Below are positions 25,905 through 38,205 of a stretch of 64,000 nucleotides of DNA, one piece after another. The notes beneath the pieces are model-generated. The model was not told where the DNA came from and searched no databases. It saw only the letters and a list, made by a program, of their open reading frames with translations. The translations under genes and the position numbers were made by a program. Each line of letters opens with the position of its first letter. Within the stretch, counting starts at the first letter, position 1. This stretch comes from Camelus ferus (lineage: Eukaryota): assembly GCF_009834535.1 (NCBI RefSeq), contig NC_045697.1:15564001-15628000 (forward strand), given 5' to 3'.

Positions 25905-27420
25905 ATTAATTCATTTAACAAACATTTATTGAGTACCTATTATAACCCGGACATTATTTTACCTGGGAAAACAGACAAAAGTTTCTGACTACCACAGAGT
26001 GTATCTTAAAGTAGGTAGTGTAGAGCCTTAAAGGTCATTATAAGGATTTTGGTGTTTACTAAAATAACAGTAACAGCTGACACACATCTTGCCTTCTTAT
26101 TTGCCAGGCACTGTTCTAAGGGATTTCCATGTATTAATTTATCTAATACTCTCCACAATCCTATGAAATACTACTATTATTCCCCACCTTACAGGTGAAG
26201 AAACCATGGCACAGATAGCTTAAGTAATTTGCCCAAAGTCATAGAGCTAGTGAGTGACAAAGCTGAAATTCCAACCCAATCAGTCTAATTCTGGAGCCCT
26301 TGCTCTTACACACGGCCCAGTCTGCCTTTGAGTGAGATTGGAAATCATTGGAGGAGGACCATGATTGGCTCACATGTTAGGTTTACTTAAGCTGATGTGT
26401 TGAAATTAGGCTGTAGGTGGGGCAAGAATAGAAAAAAAGAGACCAATTAGGGAATATTTCAACAGTGTAAACAAGAGATGATGGTGATTTGGATGAATTA
26501 GTAGCAAAGAAGGAGGTAAGAAGGAGTCAGTTCTGGATTTATTGACAACTGAGCAGTGGAGTGTGGAAGAGAGAGAAGGATCATGGGTGATTTTAGAGTT
26601 TTTATCTTGAATGACTTGAAGGACAGAGTTGCCATGTCCTGAATGGAGAAGACTACCTAAAGAACAAATTAAAAAACTACCTTAGTCTTTTAGAAGTTAT
26701 TAGACACTCAAGTGAGATTTGAATGGACAGTTATCTATGTGAGTCCAGGGTTCAGAGGCAAAATCTGTCCATTAGATATAAATTTGAGAGCGTCACCATA
26801 TAAACTTAAAAGACTAGAGTAGGTCACCAAGAAAGAGAGAATAGAGGGAAAAAGAAGTCTAAGGACTGATCCTGGTGTACTGCAACATTACTCCAGAAAG
26901 GCAGAGGAAATGGACAAAGAAGATTAAGAAGAGGGGCTAGAGAAGGTGGAGTAAAACTAAGAGGTTACAGTTTTGTAGAGGTCAAACGAATAGAGAGTTA
27001 GAGGAGGAAGTAATCCACTTTATCAAATACCAATGATAGGTCAAGTTAGAAAAGACCTGAGCATCAATTACTGGATTAGCTACATGGAAGGCATTAATCA
27101 TCATGAAACAAACAGTGGAAGATTGTGGGTTCAAGAGACAAAGAAGGGAGAGCAAGTGGAGATAATAAGAGCAACACAACTCTTTCAAAGAGCTTGGCTC
27201 GTGAATGTCACAACAAAATGGAGTGGGTGGGAGTAATCGACACATACAGGATTCTTTTTAAGGTGTGAGAACTTGAAGAATGTTTGAGTACTGATAGAAA
27301 ATATTCTACAGTGAATAAAAAAATGGAGAATTGTAGTCTGTTTGAATGGGTGAGAGAGACTAGAAGTGACAAGAAGCACAAATATTTTATCCATAATAAT
27401 AGGAGAGAAGGCAATGGACA
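25905..27420 (-). mobile_element. L2 LINE containing a nested MIR
   Basis: ttcatttaacaaacatttattgagtaccta (reverse L2 tail), followed by a long L2 body. Confidence 0.75.
26065..26320 (-). mobile_element. MIR SINE inserted in L2
   Basis: tgccaggcactgttctaag...cccaccttacaggtgaagaaaccatggcacaga...taagtaatttgcccaaagtcatagagctagtgagtgac. Confidence 0.8.
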
Positions 27421-27616
27421 TGAGCACACGTGACGTTCAGTACTACTGTTTGTTTTTGTAAACTGATCACATATTCAGCAACATTGCTACAAGACCTTAT
27501 TAGTTATAATTATTTGGCTGTAGGTTTTCTTGTATTTTTTGTTGGTTTAAGTACTAAGAAATCTACGAAAAAGGAGAGTTTTGTGTCTTGTCCTCTTTTT
27601 CAGTTAATATGCTTCT

Positions 27617-28018
27617 GTGGTAGTCCTATGTAATATTCACCAATATTTCCATAGCTTTCCTTTCTGGGTCTATATTAGGATTTTACTTCCTGGGTCCCTT
27701 GTTCTTGAGTGGGGCCATGTGACTATTTCTGGCCAACTGAATGTTGAAACAATGTTATCACTTTGGAACCAGAGCATTTAATTGTGGATACCAGACTCTC
27801 CCAAGTAGTCATGTTCCCTTAGATACAATGACCAGAAATCTTTAAGATGATGGCTTTTCCACCAGTCTGCATGTTTGAGTGTTAATGAGCCCAGCTCCCC
27901 TGCCAAGCCAGAAAGAACATTTAACATGAGCAAGAAATAAGCTCTTGTGGTTTTTAAGCAACTAAAATGTTTGGGTTTTATGAACTGCAGCATAATCTAG
28001 CCCATCCTGATTGATATG
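27617..28018 (+). mobile_element. MaLR solo LTR (MLT1I/J-like) inserted in L1
   Basis: gtggggccatgtgactatttctggccaa...tgagcaagaaataagctcttgtggtttttaagc...gcagcataatctagcccatcctga. Confidence 0.7.
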
Positions 28019-28019
28019 T

Positions 28020-29340
28020 CTCTTATTTGTTTATCTTATCTGGTTACATTGGTCAGTACTTCCAATATCATGATGAAGAGTAATGATGGAACTGGGGATC
28101 CTTGTATTATTAAATGGCAGTAAGTAATGTTTGTACTAGGTTTTTATTAAGTTAAGTAATCTTCCACTTATTTCTAGTTGTCCAGATCTTTTAATCACAA
28201 ATAGTAATTGGATGCTATCAAATACATTTTGTACTTCTATTCAAATAAATCATGATTTTTCTTCTCTAATCCACTGGTGATGTAGACCTTTGCTACTAAA
28301 TTATATTTAAATTCCAGGGATAAACCATACTTCATCATGATATGCTATATTGTTGGATTTAATTAACATTTTATTTTGCATTTTACCGCTTACATTTGTA
28401 AGCACAAAGGATTTAAAATTTTCTTTTCATATCATTTTTATATTTGAAAGAATGCTTTTTCTAGTCTCATACTATGAAGTGGGCATATGTATGTCTCTGT
28501 TTTCAGGAAAAAAATTAGTAGGGTAGGAGTCATCTGTTTCTTGATAATTTGATAGAACTCAACAGAAAAAAAATGTTTAATGTAATTTAATATTTTTACA
28601 TAATTATTTAAATTTTTGGTTTGATTAATATTCTCTACTATTTTACTCAATTTCATTAACTTCTGCATTTATCTTTATTATTGTGGATCAAGTGAGTTAA
28701 GCATTAATAACAATGTCTGGGTCAATAAATATTCCATATAAAAATTGGCATAATTTTAATTTTCTTCTTTATTTCTTACTTGGGCTTAACTATTTTGTAC
28801 ATTTTTAATTCTTTTCAAAGATGAACGATCAGTTCACTTGACTTTAGTTTTTATTGCAGTAAATGGTTTAAAGCTATAAGTTTTCCACTAAATACTGCCT
28901 TTAACTATATTCCATAAATTTTGTCATGTAACAACTTCATATATCAGCTAATTATTAAATTATTTCTACTAATAATTTATGAATAACACTTCATAATTAT
29001 TCTAATTATGAAATATCTGCTCAATTCTAATTATGAAATATTCAATAGCATAATTTTAGTTTCCAAACATGGGCCAGTTTTCTAGCTTTCCTTTTGTTGT
29101 CAGTTTCTAATTTGATTGAAATATTCTGTGTGGTGTTGATTCTTTCATTTATCAAAACTTCTTTGTCACATAGTATTTGTATAGTTTTGTGAACGTTTTA
29201 TGGGCATTCAACAATATTAAAAATTTTCTACGCATATTTTACATTTCTGTATAAATCCATTATCCTGGGTATATTAATTACGTTATTCACATCTTCTCTT
29301 TTGCTTAATGTCTGTTTGATTAGTAAGTTTCTGAGAAACA
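28020..29340 (-). mobile_element. Old L1 ORF2 remnant
   Basis: acttccaatatcatgatgaaga, ggataaaccatacttcatcatgat and tttaaagctataagttttccactaaatactgc are reverse L1 ORF2 sequence; AT-rich. Confidence 0.7.
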
Positions 29341-30749
29341 TGTGCTAAAATGCCACTCCACTGTCTTATATGCAGCGTTGCTGTTGGAACCAATCCCTTT
29401 GCCTGCTTCTGATGTTCAATGCTCCCAACCTAAGCTGAATTTCAGCACCACTTACACAGTACTCCATGAACCCAGGCCAAAGATCGGCTGGACCTGTGGA
29501 TTTGGGGCCTCACAATGGTTCAGGCATAAACAACAAGCCACCAAGTTAATAAGAGCACAAGTCAAAAGGATCCCCCAACCTCCTTCCCAAGCACCTTGTA
29601 CCCTTCCTATGTCTCCCAGGAGACTCACAGTTTTTCCATTCACTTTTCCAGTTCCTAATACAATGCACGTTCCACAAAGGTTCACATTCAGTGGGTCACA
29701 GTCAAACTCCAATAGGCATAGAAAGGCCTAGAAGGTGACTAAACAAAGTATTGAATCTAGAATCTATTCACCTCAACAGCATGTCCAGATTTGAGTTCAG
29801 AGTAGGAAGCCATCGGCACAAGTAAGTTCACCAATTTGTCATTTACAACACTCAGCAAGTTTCTTTTCACCTGTTTCAGAGCAAGAAGTGCCTTTATTGC
29901 AATACCATGTTATTTCTCCACTCTGAGGACTTGTTCCATGAATTATGCTCTCTCTTTTTCTTTGCATCTTAATTCTCTCTACTGGCTTCCTCTTTTCAGC
30001 CTAAAAACATGTTCAATATCCTTCCGCCTACCTTTTTATTTCTTTCAGTCCCTTTCCTCTGGAACTTCATTAAATTATGTTTTAATGACTGACTCCACCA
30101 CATCACTCCTAGTACCCTGTATTTGGGCTCGAGCAACAAGATGAGGCAACAACAAAACAAGAGTGGAATCAGCCTCTAATGAGATCCTGCACTAGTCCAG
30201 GTGGAAGTGAAAGGGAATTTGGATTCATCTGGTGGCAGTGAGGATTGAGGAAAGGCCTAAAGGGCAGAAGAAAGGATTATAGTTGAGACAGTGGAGGAAA
30301 AGCTGTGAAGTACTCATCTCAAAAGTAAGCATTACTAAAGAAAGCCAATAGGATTTTCCAGCAGTGTTGTGTATCCACTTGAGTTTGATGATCAAGAACT
30401 TATCAATATATCAATCTGCCCAATTGTGTGATTTCCTCTAGCAGGTTTCAAATGATACTGCCAATCATGAAATTAGTAAGTGATTTGAGAACCCACGATT
30501 TGTTAGCCATCTCTTCTAGATTAAGCTTCTTAAATTAGAGTTGGATTTATTTACTTCTCCACAGAAATATGTGCAATGATTAGCTATCTAATGCCTGCAA
30601 AATGAAACTTACATATTTCTTAGCCTGACATTCAAGACCTCACCATAATCTAGCCAAGACTAAAACCTTGCAGCCTTACTTTCTGTATAGTTAGCTGTGT
30701 CCTTGACTTGTTGGTTAGTCAACAGCACATGACAATACAAGTACAAAGG

Positions 30750-31290
30750 ATCTGTTGTTTTGCTTTATTTTCTCCCAGAGTCCATCATCTCCCTTTCCTC
30801 TCATACCTGCACTTAGATTTTCCTTTGGGAATCCACTTCTCCTAGGCTTTTAACCCATACAGTTTTGGGAGAGCACTCTTTTGATGCAAGGGATACATAA
30901 ATAACCCAGGCCAACACACAGAAATTAGCTCAGGAAACAAATATGTCACCGAAGCCATGGTAATTAGAATACGTGAGCATCAATCTTGGAACTGTTTCTG
31001 GAAACACAGAGGAGGACAACCTCCTTACTAGTGGTGGTAAGCAGGCAGACTGTAATTCCAAAGCTGCGAGCAGTCTGGCCCACATTCAGAGGAACTTACT
31101 GAGAGTTAATCCAACAGCAGAAAGCAAATCCAGGATAAAGAAGGAAAAATATTCTTGATGACATCATTTGCATCCTGTTACAGACATGCCAGAAAATGAA
31201 CTCTTGGGTTTTTCTGTTATATCACCAATGAAGTTGGTTTAGTTCACCTAAGTTTGAGATTTTTTTTGAATCCGTTAAGCTCTGTAACCT
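30750..31290 (+). mobile_element. Old MaLR LTR (MLT1K/L-like)
   Basis: ttttcctttgggaatccacttctcc, gatgacatcatttgcatcctg and gggtttttctgttatatcaccaat. Confidence 0.5.
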
Positions 31291-31344
31291 CTACAAATAG
31301 CCATCCACAACATTCTCTCCCAGCTCCAGGCCCCTAGGCGTCAT

Positions 31345-31600
31345 TCACAGACCCTGAATCCAGACTTCCTGGGATTTAAATCATGGCTCTGCCTTTTACC
31401 TGCTGAGTGACATTGAGCAAAGTGTTGCACATTTTTGTGTTTTCTGATTCATCATCCATAAGATGGGAATGAGAACAGTGGCACCTGAAAAACAAAAACA
31501 AAACAAGCAAAGGAATGGAAACACCATATAGAGTAGCTGTAAGGAGTTAATGCATGTAAAGCCCTTAGAAAAGTATCTGGCACATCACACACACCATACA
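31345..31600 (+). mobile_element. MIR SINE
   Basis: ccagacttcctgggatttaaatcatggctctgcc...gtgacattgagcaaag...gagttaatgcatgtaaagcccttagaaaagtatctggcaca. Confidence 0.7.
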
Positions 31601-33144
31601 AGGAAGCCCGATGGGAGTTCGAGCTATTTTTGTTACTATTATTATCACAATGGTGATGATTATCATTATTATTATTTGTAATCCTGTTGCCTACTGCAGT
31701 GCCCCTCAATTATAAAGAGTGAATCACTTAATTATTATATAAGAGGATTTTAATATAGTACTTGTTTGTCTCATCCTGCAGTTTTAACATGGATCAAAAA
31801 ACCAAGGCATTACAAGGCAGCCCTGTCATCTCAGCTCAGAATACTGTGAAAGCCCCAAATCTTCCTGCCTCATTCCTGCTACTTCCTTCTCCTTCCCCTC
31901 CACACCTCCCTGTACTCAGTTCCTGCCCCTGTTAGTGTCATCTTTCCTGCCCAGCATCCATCCAGCCGGTCCTAGAACTTGCTGACAGATTTCTCCTTGG
32001 TCATTTTTGGATTCCAACTTCTGTCTTTCCCCTACCTCTTCATCTTACGGTAGTTTCTCTGCATTACTGCCACTTACTAGAAGAACATCCACTCCACTTC
32101 AAGGCTTCAGAACACACTCTAATCAGGATCCAAAATGTAACCTCCGAGACACAGGAAGTTGCTAATACTATGTATTCCAAATGGGTAAGAATACAAATCT
32201 ATCTTCTCTTCAACTAAAAACTCTTCCCACGTCTCTCTTCCCTACAAGTTCAAGGAGAATCTCTAGATTGGGTAGGTCCATTTCATGTTAACAGCAGTCA
32301 GTCCCAAAGTAGGATTAGAATGAAGATGGGGCCACATTAGTCACTTACTACCTAAGGAAGATGACAAGAGGGAAGAGGGGCCAGTTAGTTTGCAAATCGT
32401 GGGGATTATTCAGCTCTATTTAAAGAATGCAAGACGTGGTTATGACCTGGCCATTTTGAGAGCTCAACACCATCACCAGCCTGGATACAGGAGAAACCAC
32501 CATCACTCAGAATGTTACCTGAAGCAAAGCGGAGGATGAAGTAGCAAAAGGCTCAAAACCCACCAAAAAATAAATCTATGATTTAAACATGAGACGTTTC
32601 CAATATACTAAATTAGGAATGATTTGCTTATCTGTGGTCCTGCTGGAGGAAATAAAATGTTCAGCTTGGGAAATGAAGAAAGGAAACATATCAGTGATTT
32701 GCTCATAATGCTGGAAGAAATGGAATTATCTCAACCATGTGGATTCAAAATGTTCCCACTCTAAAAAAGTGTACTTGCTATATTTGGAAGACAATTTAAG
32801 AACTTAGAATTTCAAACTCCTAGAAATTTAATAGCGAATTTTTAAGGCAATTTCTAGTTTTCATACAACAAATATCTATAAGCTGTACTTTTATACATGG
32901 ACACACTCAGTAGGAAACTTTTTTTCTACATGGCTTGCTACAAAAATTCTCACAGGTCAAATAAAATCTTATGAAAAGTTATAGAACAGAAGGCATGACA
33001 CTGCATGTAATGTTGGTCATTGATTTTTTTTCCCCACCTAAAATGAGGTAAGAAGGCACATACACCATGTTAAATATTGAAAAGAAACTAACATGTACTT
33101 TGAAGAGAGACATTAGCATATTCATTAGATTTTAATGTCTCATT

Positions 33145-33500
33145 TTTCCTAGGTCAATTTCCCCAGAAGCAGATCCTGAGATGAAGGCGCATATGCAATG
33201 ATTTATCAAGGAAATCTCATTAGTGAAACCAATAAAAGGCTGAAGGAAGCAAGACAGTGAAGAGAATGAAGCTAAATAAGGGTGTGACCTCAAGCAACAT
33301 CCCACACAGGGTAGCTCCAGCCTGATGCCACAGAAGACTGAAAAGAAAGTTATAGCTTAGAATTATCTGAGTCAAAGGAACTTGGCTTAAAAACTTCTGC
33401 ACCCATAGGAAAGGGTCATTGGCAAAAAGGTCAACCCAGAAGGACATAAATTCCCATGTGTTCAGTCAAAGGCAGCTCTAGTAGACTGAAGAAAGTTCTC
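33145..33500 (-). mobile_element. ERVL LTR16-family solo LTR fragment
   Basis: cctaggtcaatttccccagaagcagatcctgagatga...tgatttatcaaggaa...ggaagcaagacag...agggtagctccagcctgat. Confidence 0.6.
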
Positions 33501-33914
33501 TCCAAGGTTGATAAAGTTTATGAATGATTTAATATAAGCATATTAAAGTATAGGGAAAAGGGATATTAGGGAATGTGGATATATTTTTGACATTATTTAC
33601 TACTTGGTTCTTTGATGATATTCATTTATTCATTCATATTATTCATCGTTAATGATATTCATTTATTTATATAACAATTTATACCATTATTTTTATATTT
33701 TAAAACACAGGATAGACACACTTTGTATAATTCAAACACACGGTATCTTTCCAATATGAATGGATATTTAATTGCTTATATAAATGCTTAAATGAATGGA
33801 TTTAATTGCTTACATAGATCAACTCAAAACAAGTCTTCATTCTGTGATCCATCATTTTTATTTATCTAGTCGTTCAAAATTATGCATTGATTGGCCACCG
33901 TGGAGAGTCCATTT

Positions 33915-34140
33915 AACATTGTTGTTAATAACCTTGGAGTCATCAAGAACTCGTTTTAAATCCTGGCTCCACTGGTTACCAACTGTATGCTTTAGAGCAA
34001 ATAATTTAGTTCTCTAAGTTCCTGTTTACAGCCGTGTAAAATGGGGACAGTTATATTTAAGGATTAAGTGAGATAATGCATTTAACTGATTTTGCGCAAT
34101 GTCTGGTACATGGTAAGTGCTCAATAAATGTTAGTTAATA
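33915..34140 (+). mobile_element. MIR SINE
   Basis: tttaaatcctggctccac...tgtaaaatgggga...aggattaagtgagataatgca...tctggtacatggtaagtgctcaataaatgttag. Confidence 0.75.
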
Positions 34141-34941
34141 CAACAGTGAAAATTATGATGATAATGTACAAAGTGGGGCAGTAACATCTGTGTATGAGAC
34201 AGTATACTTGAAAGAAAAGCAAGATGTGGCTCCTGCCTTCCAGGGCTTAAGATCTCAGAAGGCAAATCATGAATAAATATTTAGCATAGAAAAGATAATA
34301 CAAGAGAGCAATGTGTGATTGATGCCGAATTAAATACTTAAAAAAGATACCCCACCTCTAGCCTTTCCTCCCCAGTACTGTGGTCCTCACACTGACACTG
34401 CAGTTCTCTAATACATAGCTCTAACAGTGACACCCTTCTCCCCCTAAATTGTCAAAGACTCCCTTTTTCCTGTGTAAAAACAGCCAGGTTCTGTAGCGCT
34501 CACCTATGGCATGTGGGCTCCCTGTCCCCCACCACCTACTATAGTTCACATCTTCCACTTCATCCTAGTGATAGTTCATGCTAGGACTATGAAGAATATG
34601 TAATATTTTTCAACTTCTCTGTCATTGCTCAAGTAGTTCCATCCATGTGGAGTATCTTTTTTCTACTTCTTACCGATGAAATTTCTCCATCTTTTTATAT
34701 CCCTCCCAAGAGTCACCCCCCACATAAAGTTCCCTGGCTCCTCCATTCATATTACCTCTCTCCTGTCCATGCTCTTTTGGTACAGTTTTACTGAGTAGTA
34801 AGTACTGCCTGGTTTTACCCGGAGTCATGCAGTAGTAGATGTATAAAGGAAAATGGCCAGGAAGAGGGGCTTGTGCAATGAGATTGCGTCCGCCATTCAG
34901 CAACGTCCACCAAAATGTGGGTCTTTACACTGGATTGGAAG

Positions 34942-35031
34942 TTTTTTTTTTTTTAATGGAGGTACTGGGGACTGAACCCAGGACCTTGTGCATACTAAGC
35001 ATGTGCTCTACCGCTAAGCTATACCTGTCCC
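34942..35031 (-). mobile_element. tRNA-derived SINE, short-tail variant
   Basis: Minus strand reads gggacaggtatagcttagcggtagagcacatgcttagtatgcacaaggtcctgggttcagtccccagtacctccatt(A)n. Confidence 0.85.
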
Positions 35032-36204
35032 AACTATAAGTTTCTTGAGGCCAAGGATGACCCTAAGATAGCACAAAGGAGTTATGAAGAAGTGAAGAAA
35101 AACATCACATTACAATATTATGGAAATTAAGGGAAGATAATCTAAAGAAAGTAGACCAGGTGTCAAATCCTTCTGAGAAATCAAGGAAGATAATGGACAA
35201 AAGAGACTTGAACAGGTGAAGGCTTAGTTATTTCAGAAAATGTTATTTTCCAAACATACCATCCTTATATATGAATATACTCCTACATTAATGTCTATGT
35301 ATAGATATTGGTGGGGATAGTAAAAATATGAAACTAGCAGTGGTAAACCAGTCACTCACAGTGCAAACAGAAACTATGAGACATGGTAGCTGATGGTGGG
35401 AGGTTGAGGAGATTTATGTCATGAGAAAGTAATCTGCAAGGTTTTTCAAGAACCTATTTCTGTTGAAGGATAAAAGGAAATGATTTACTTAAGAGGGAAA
35501 TATCAAAAGTGCTAGAGAGAAGAATTATTTGAGAAGGAACTGGTTTTTTTTTAAAAAAAACTCTGCTCAAAACTTTACCCTGTAATTAATCAGTGTAGCT
35601 CCCTAATTCTTATCATTCTAGAATATGGAAATTAAAACCACCCAAAATCCAGCTCGACCCGTCTGCAATTTAGCGTTTCTCCATTACATAAGTAGATTCA
35701 TGTATTGAATTACGACAGCAATGGTCTGTCCACTGCTGCATTCTGAGGGAAACCCCCAATTTGCTCAATAAGGAAAATGAACTGGGTCTGTAAGGCTGGG
35801 GCTCTCCCTTCAAGCTCCCACACCCACACAGGATGACCAGACTCCCCAGACTGTCAGCAAAAGCCTCCGGGTGTTCGGAGCTGATGGGGAGCAGCTTGTC
35901 TGTCTGTGGGAGGTGGCTGGCGGTTGTCCAGGCAGCATGGTGTGTTCATTAGGACTCATTTCCGACGAAGGGGCTTTCCTTTCCCTCCCCACTTTGGGGA
36001 TTCCTAGTCTTCTTCCAGTTCTTTCCCTCCAGAGTCATCACCCTGCCCTTCTTTTCCCTTTCCCCAGCCCCAAGCCCTCAATCCTCTCATCTATAAGAGA
36101 AAGAAAAAAAATTGACCCAAGTATCTTGATTTAGCATTCAAGTCAGTGGTCACCTTTCATTTTGCTTTCTATTGGTGTGGGCTGAGGATAAGGAAAAAAG
36201 AATC

Positions 36205-36540
36205 CTCAAAAGACACAGAGAACAGATTGCTGGTTGCCAGAGGTGGGGGGTGAGGGTGGGGGTGGGCAGAATGAGTGAAGGGGGTCGAAAGGTACAAATT
36301 TCCAGTTATAACATGAATAAGTCATGGTGACTATAGTTAACACTACTGTATCGCACACCTGAAACGAGCGTGGAGAGTGGCTCTGAGTGGTTCCCATCAC
36401 AAGAAAATATTTTGTAACTGCATGATGTGAACTGACCTTATTGGGGTGCTCTTTTTGCAATGTATACAAATATCAAATCATTACATTATACATCTGAAAT
36501 CAGTATAATGTTAATTATACCTCAATAATTTAAAAAAAAT
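36205..36540 (+). mobile_element. L1 3' end (L1MA-like)
   Basis: gaacagattgctggttgccagagg...aaaggtacaaatttccagttataa...aattatacctcaataa followed by an A-rich tail. Confidence 0.8.
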
Positions 36541-36649
36541 CCCTCAAGATACTAGTGAGAGGAAAAGGGGGTAGAAAAATACACTGAAAACAGATTAATG
36601 ACCTGAGGCATTTATCAAATAGCTTAATAATATTACTAATAATGGATAA

Positions 36650-36970
36650 CTTTATTGAGTGCTTAATATGAGCTAGACATTGGTCTCACCATGTATATAT
36701 ATACATGTGAGCCATAAATATATACACACACACACACATATATACACATATATGTGCTCTCTCTGTCTCTATATATAGAATTTATGTAATCATCACAGAA
36801 AATCAATGAGAGAAATGTGATTATTTTTGCTATTTTACAAATAAGAAAACTGAAGCACAAAGAAGTTAAATATTTCATCCAAGGTTACTCAGCTAAAAGG
36901 TGGTACACCTGGCATTTTGAGTCTAGACTATCCAGTGCCAGAAACTACACTCCTAATCATCACACCATAC
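36650..36970 (-). mobile_element. MIR SINE with internal (TA/CA)n
   Basis: tttattgagtgcttaatatg...attttacaaataagaaaactgaagcacaaagaagttaaatatttcatccaaggttactcagcta. Confidence 0.7.
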
Positions 36971-37127
36971 TTCAGGGATATAATGTTCTTAGTTTTGCTG
37001 AAATACTGTTTCTCCTAACTAAAACAATACTTTTGGATTATATTTCAAAAAATATACATCATTTTATATTACCACCTTGTAGAGAAAGATTTCATGCAAG
37101 TCAGTGAATTAAAAAATCAAGATCTTT

Positions 37128-37408
37128 ATACAAAACAGAAATAGACTCATAGACATAGAATACAAACTTGTGGTTGCCAAGGGGACAGAGGGAGGGAAGG
37201 GATAGACGGGATTTCAAAATTGTAGAATAGATAAACAAGATTATACTGTATAGCACGGGGAAATATATACAAGATCTTATGGTAGTTCATGGAGAAAAAA
37301 AAGTCACAATGAATATATATATGTTCACGTATAACTGAAAAATTGTGCTCTACACTGGAATTTGATACAACATTGTAAAATGATTATAAATCAATAACAA
37401 ATGTTTAA
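37128..37408 (+). mobile_element. Young L1 3' end with perfect 17-bp TSD
   Basis: L1 3' UTR (aaaacagaaatagactcatagacatagaa...ctgtatagcacggggaaatata). TSD aaaaaatcaagatcttt at 37111-37127 and 37409-37425, preceded by TT (L1 endonuclease TT/AAAA site). Confidence 0.88.
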
Positions 37409-38053
37409 AAAAAATCAAGATCTTTGGTTCTTATATTGGTCCAGCTACAAGAGTGCAAAATATAATTGTTGATGCTGAGTGAATGTAATCATACAGAGAG
37501 TATTTTCTATAAGATTCTTGAGTGGAACAACTCTAATTAGTACATTAATTACTCTGATTTACACTGATGATTTATAAAAACACATATAACTTGCCATGGA
37601 ATTGTGGAGGGAGTGTTAAATATACAGAGAAATTTGTGAGCAGACAAAATAGATTTGTCTCGGTTGTATGATTTCAGTTTAGTTTTTAAGTAAGTGCTTT
37701 CCACATGGCTTGAGTAATTAGAAAATTATGTGCAGATATACAGCATGGTTCTGTCACATGGGTTCTCAGGTGGGTAATTAGAGTTTACCTCTATCAACAT
37801 ACTATGAGTATTCTCAGCATCCAAGTGAAGCCTTCCTGAGAGGATCGTCTATGGATACAAATGGAAGAGTAATCAGCTGTTAATATTTCCTCAGTATTCA
37901 CAGAAACAGTAAACACAAAAAAATCTGTGTTTCCCACAGAATTTCTATATAGAATTCATTTCCCTTTATGTTGGCAGAATCTAAAACAGCAGTTCTCTGT
38001 CTCTTGTTTGCTCATTCAAAGTAGCTAATTGTGTCTTTAAAATGTAGATTTCT

Positions 38054-38205
38054 AGGGGAAGAGCACAGCTCAGGGGCAGAGCATACGCAGGAGGTCCTGG
38101 GTTCAATCCCTAGTACCTCCATTAAAATAAATAAATAAGTAAACCTAATTACTTCCCCCCAGAAAATAAATTAAAATAAACATTAAAAAATTAAAATAAA
38201 ATAAA
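38054..38205 (+). mobile_element. tRNA-derived SINE, same family, with short internal deletion
   Basis: B box GGTTCAATCCC and the same tail (aaataaataagtaaacctaattac...ccccc) as the 54687 copy. TSD gtagatttct at 38044-38053 and 38206-38215. Confidence 0.85.
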
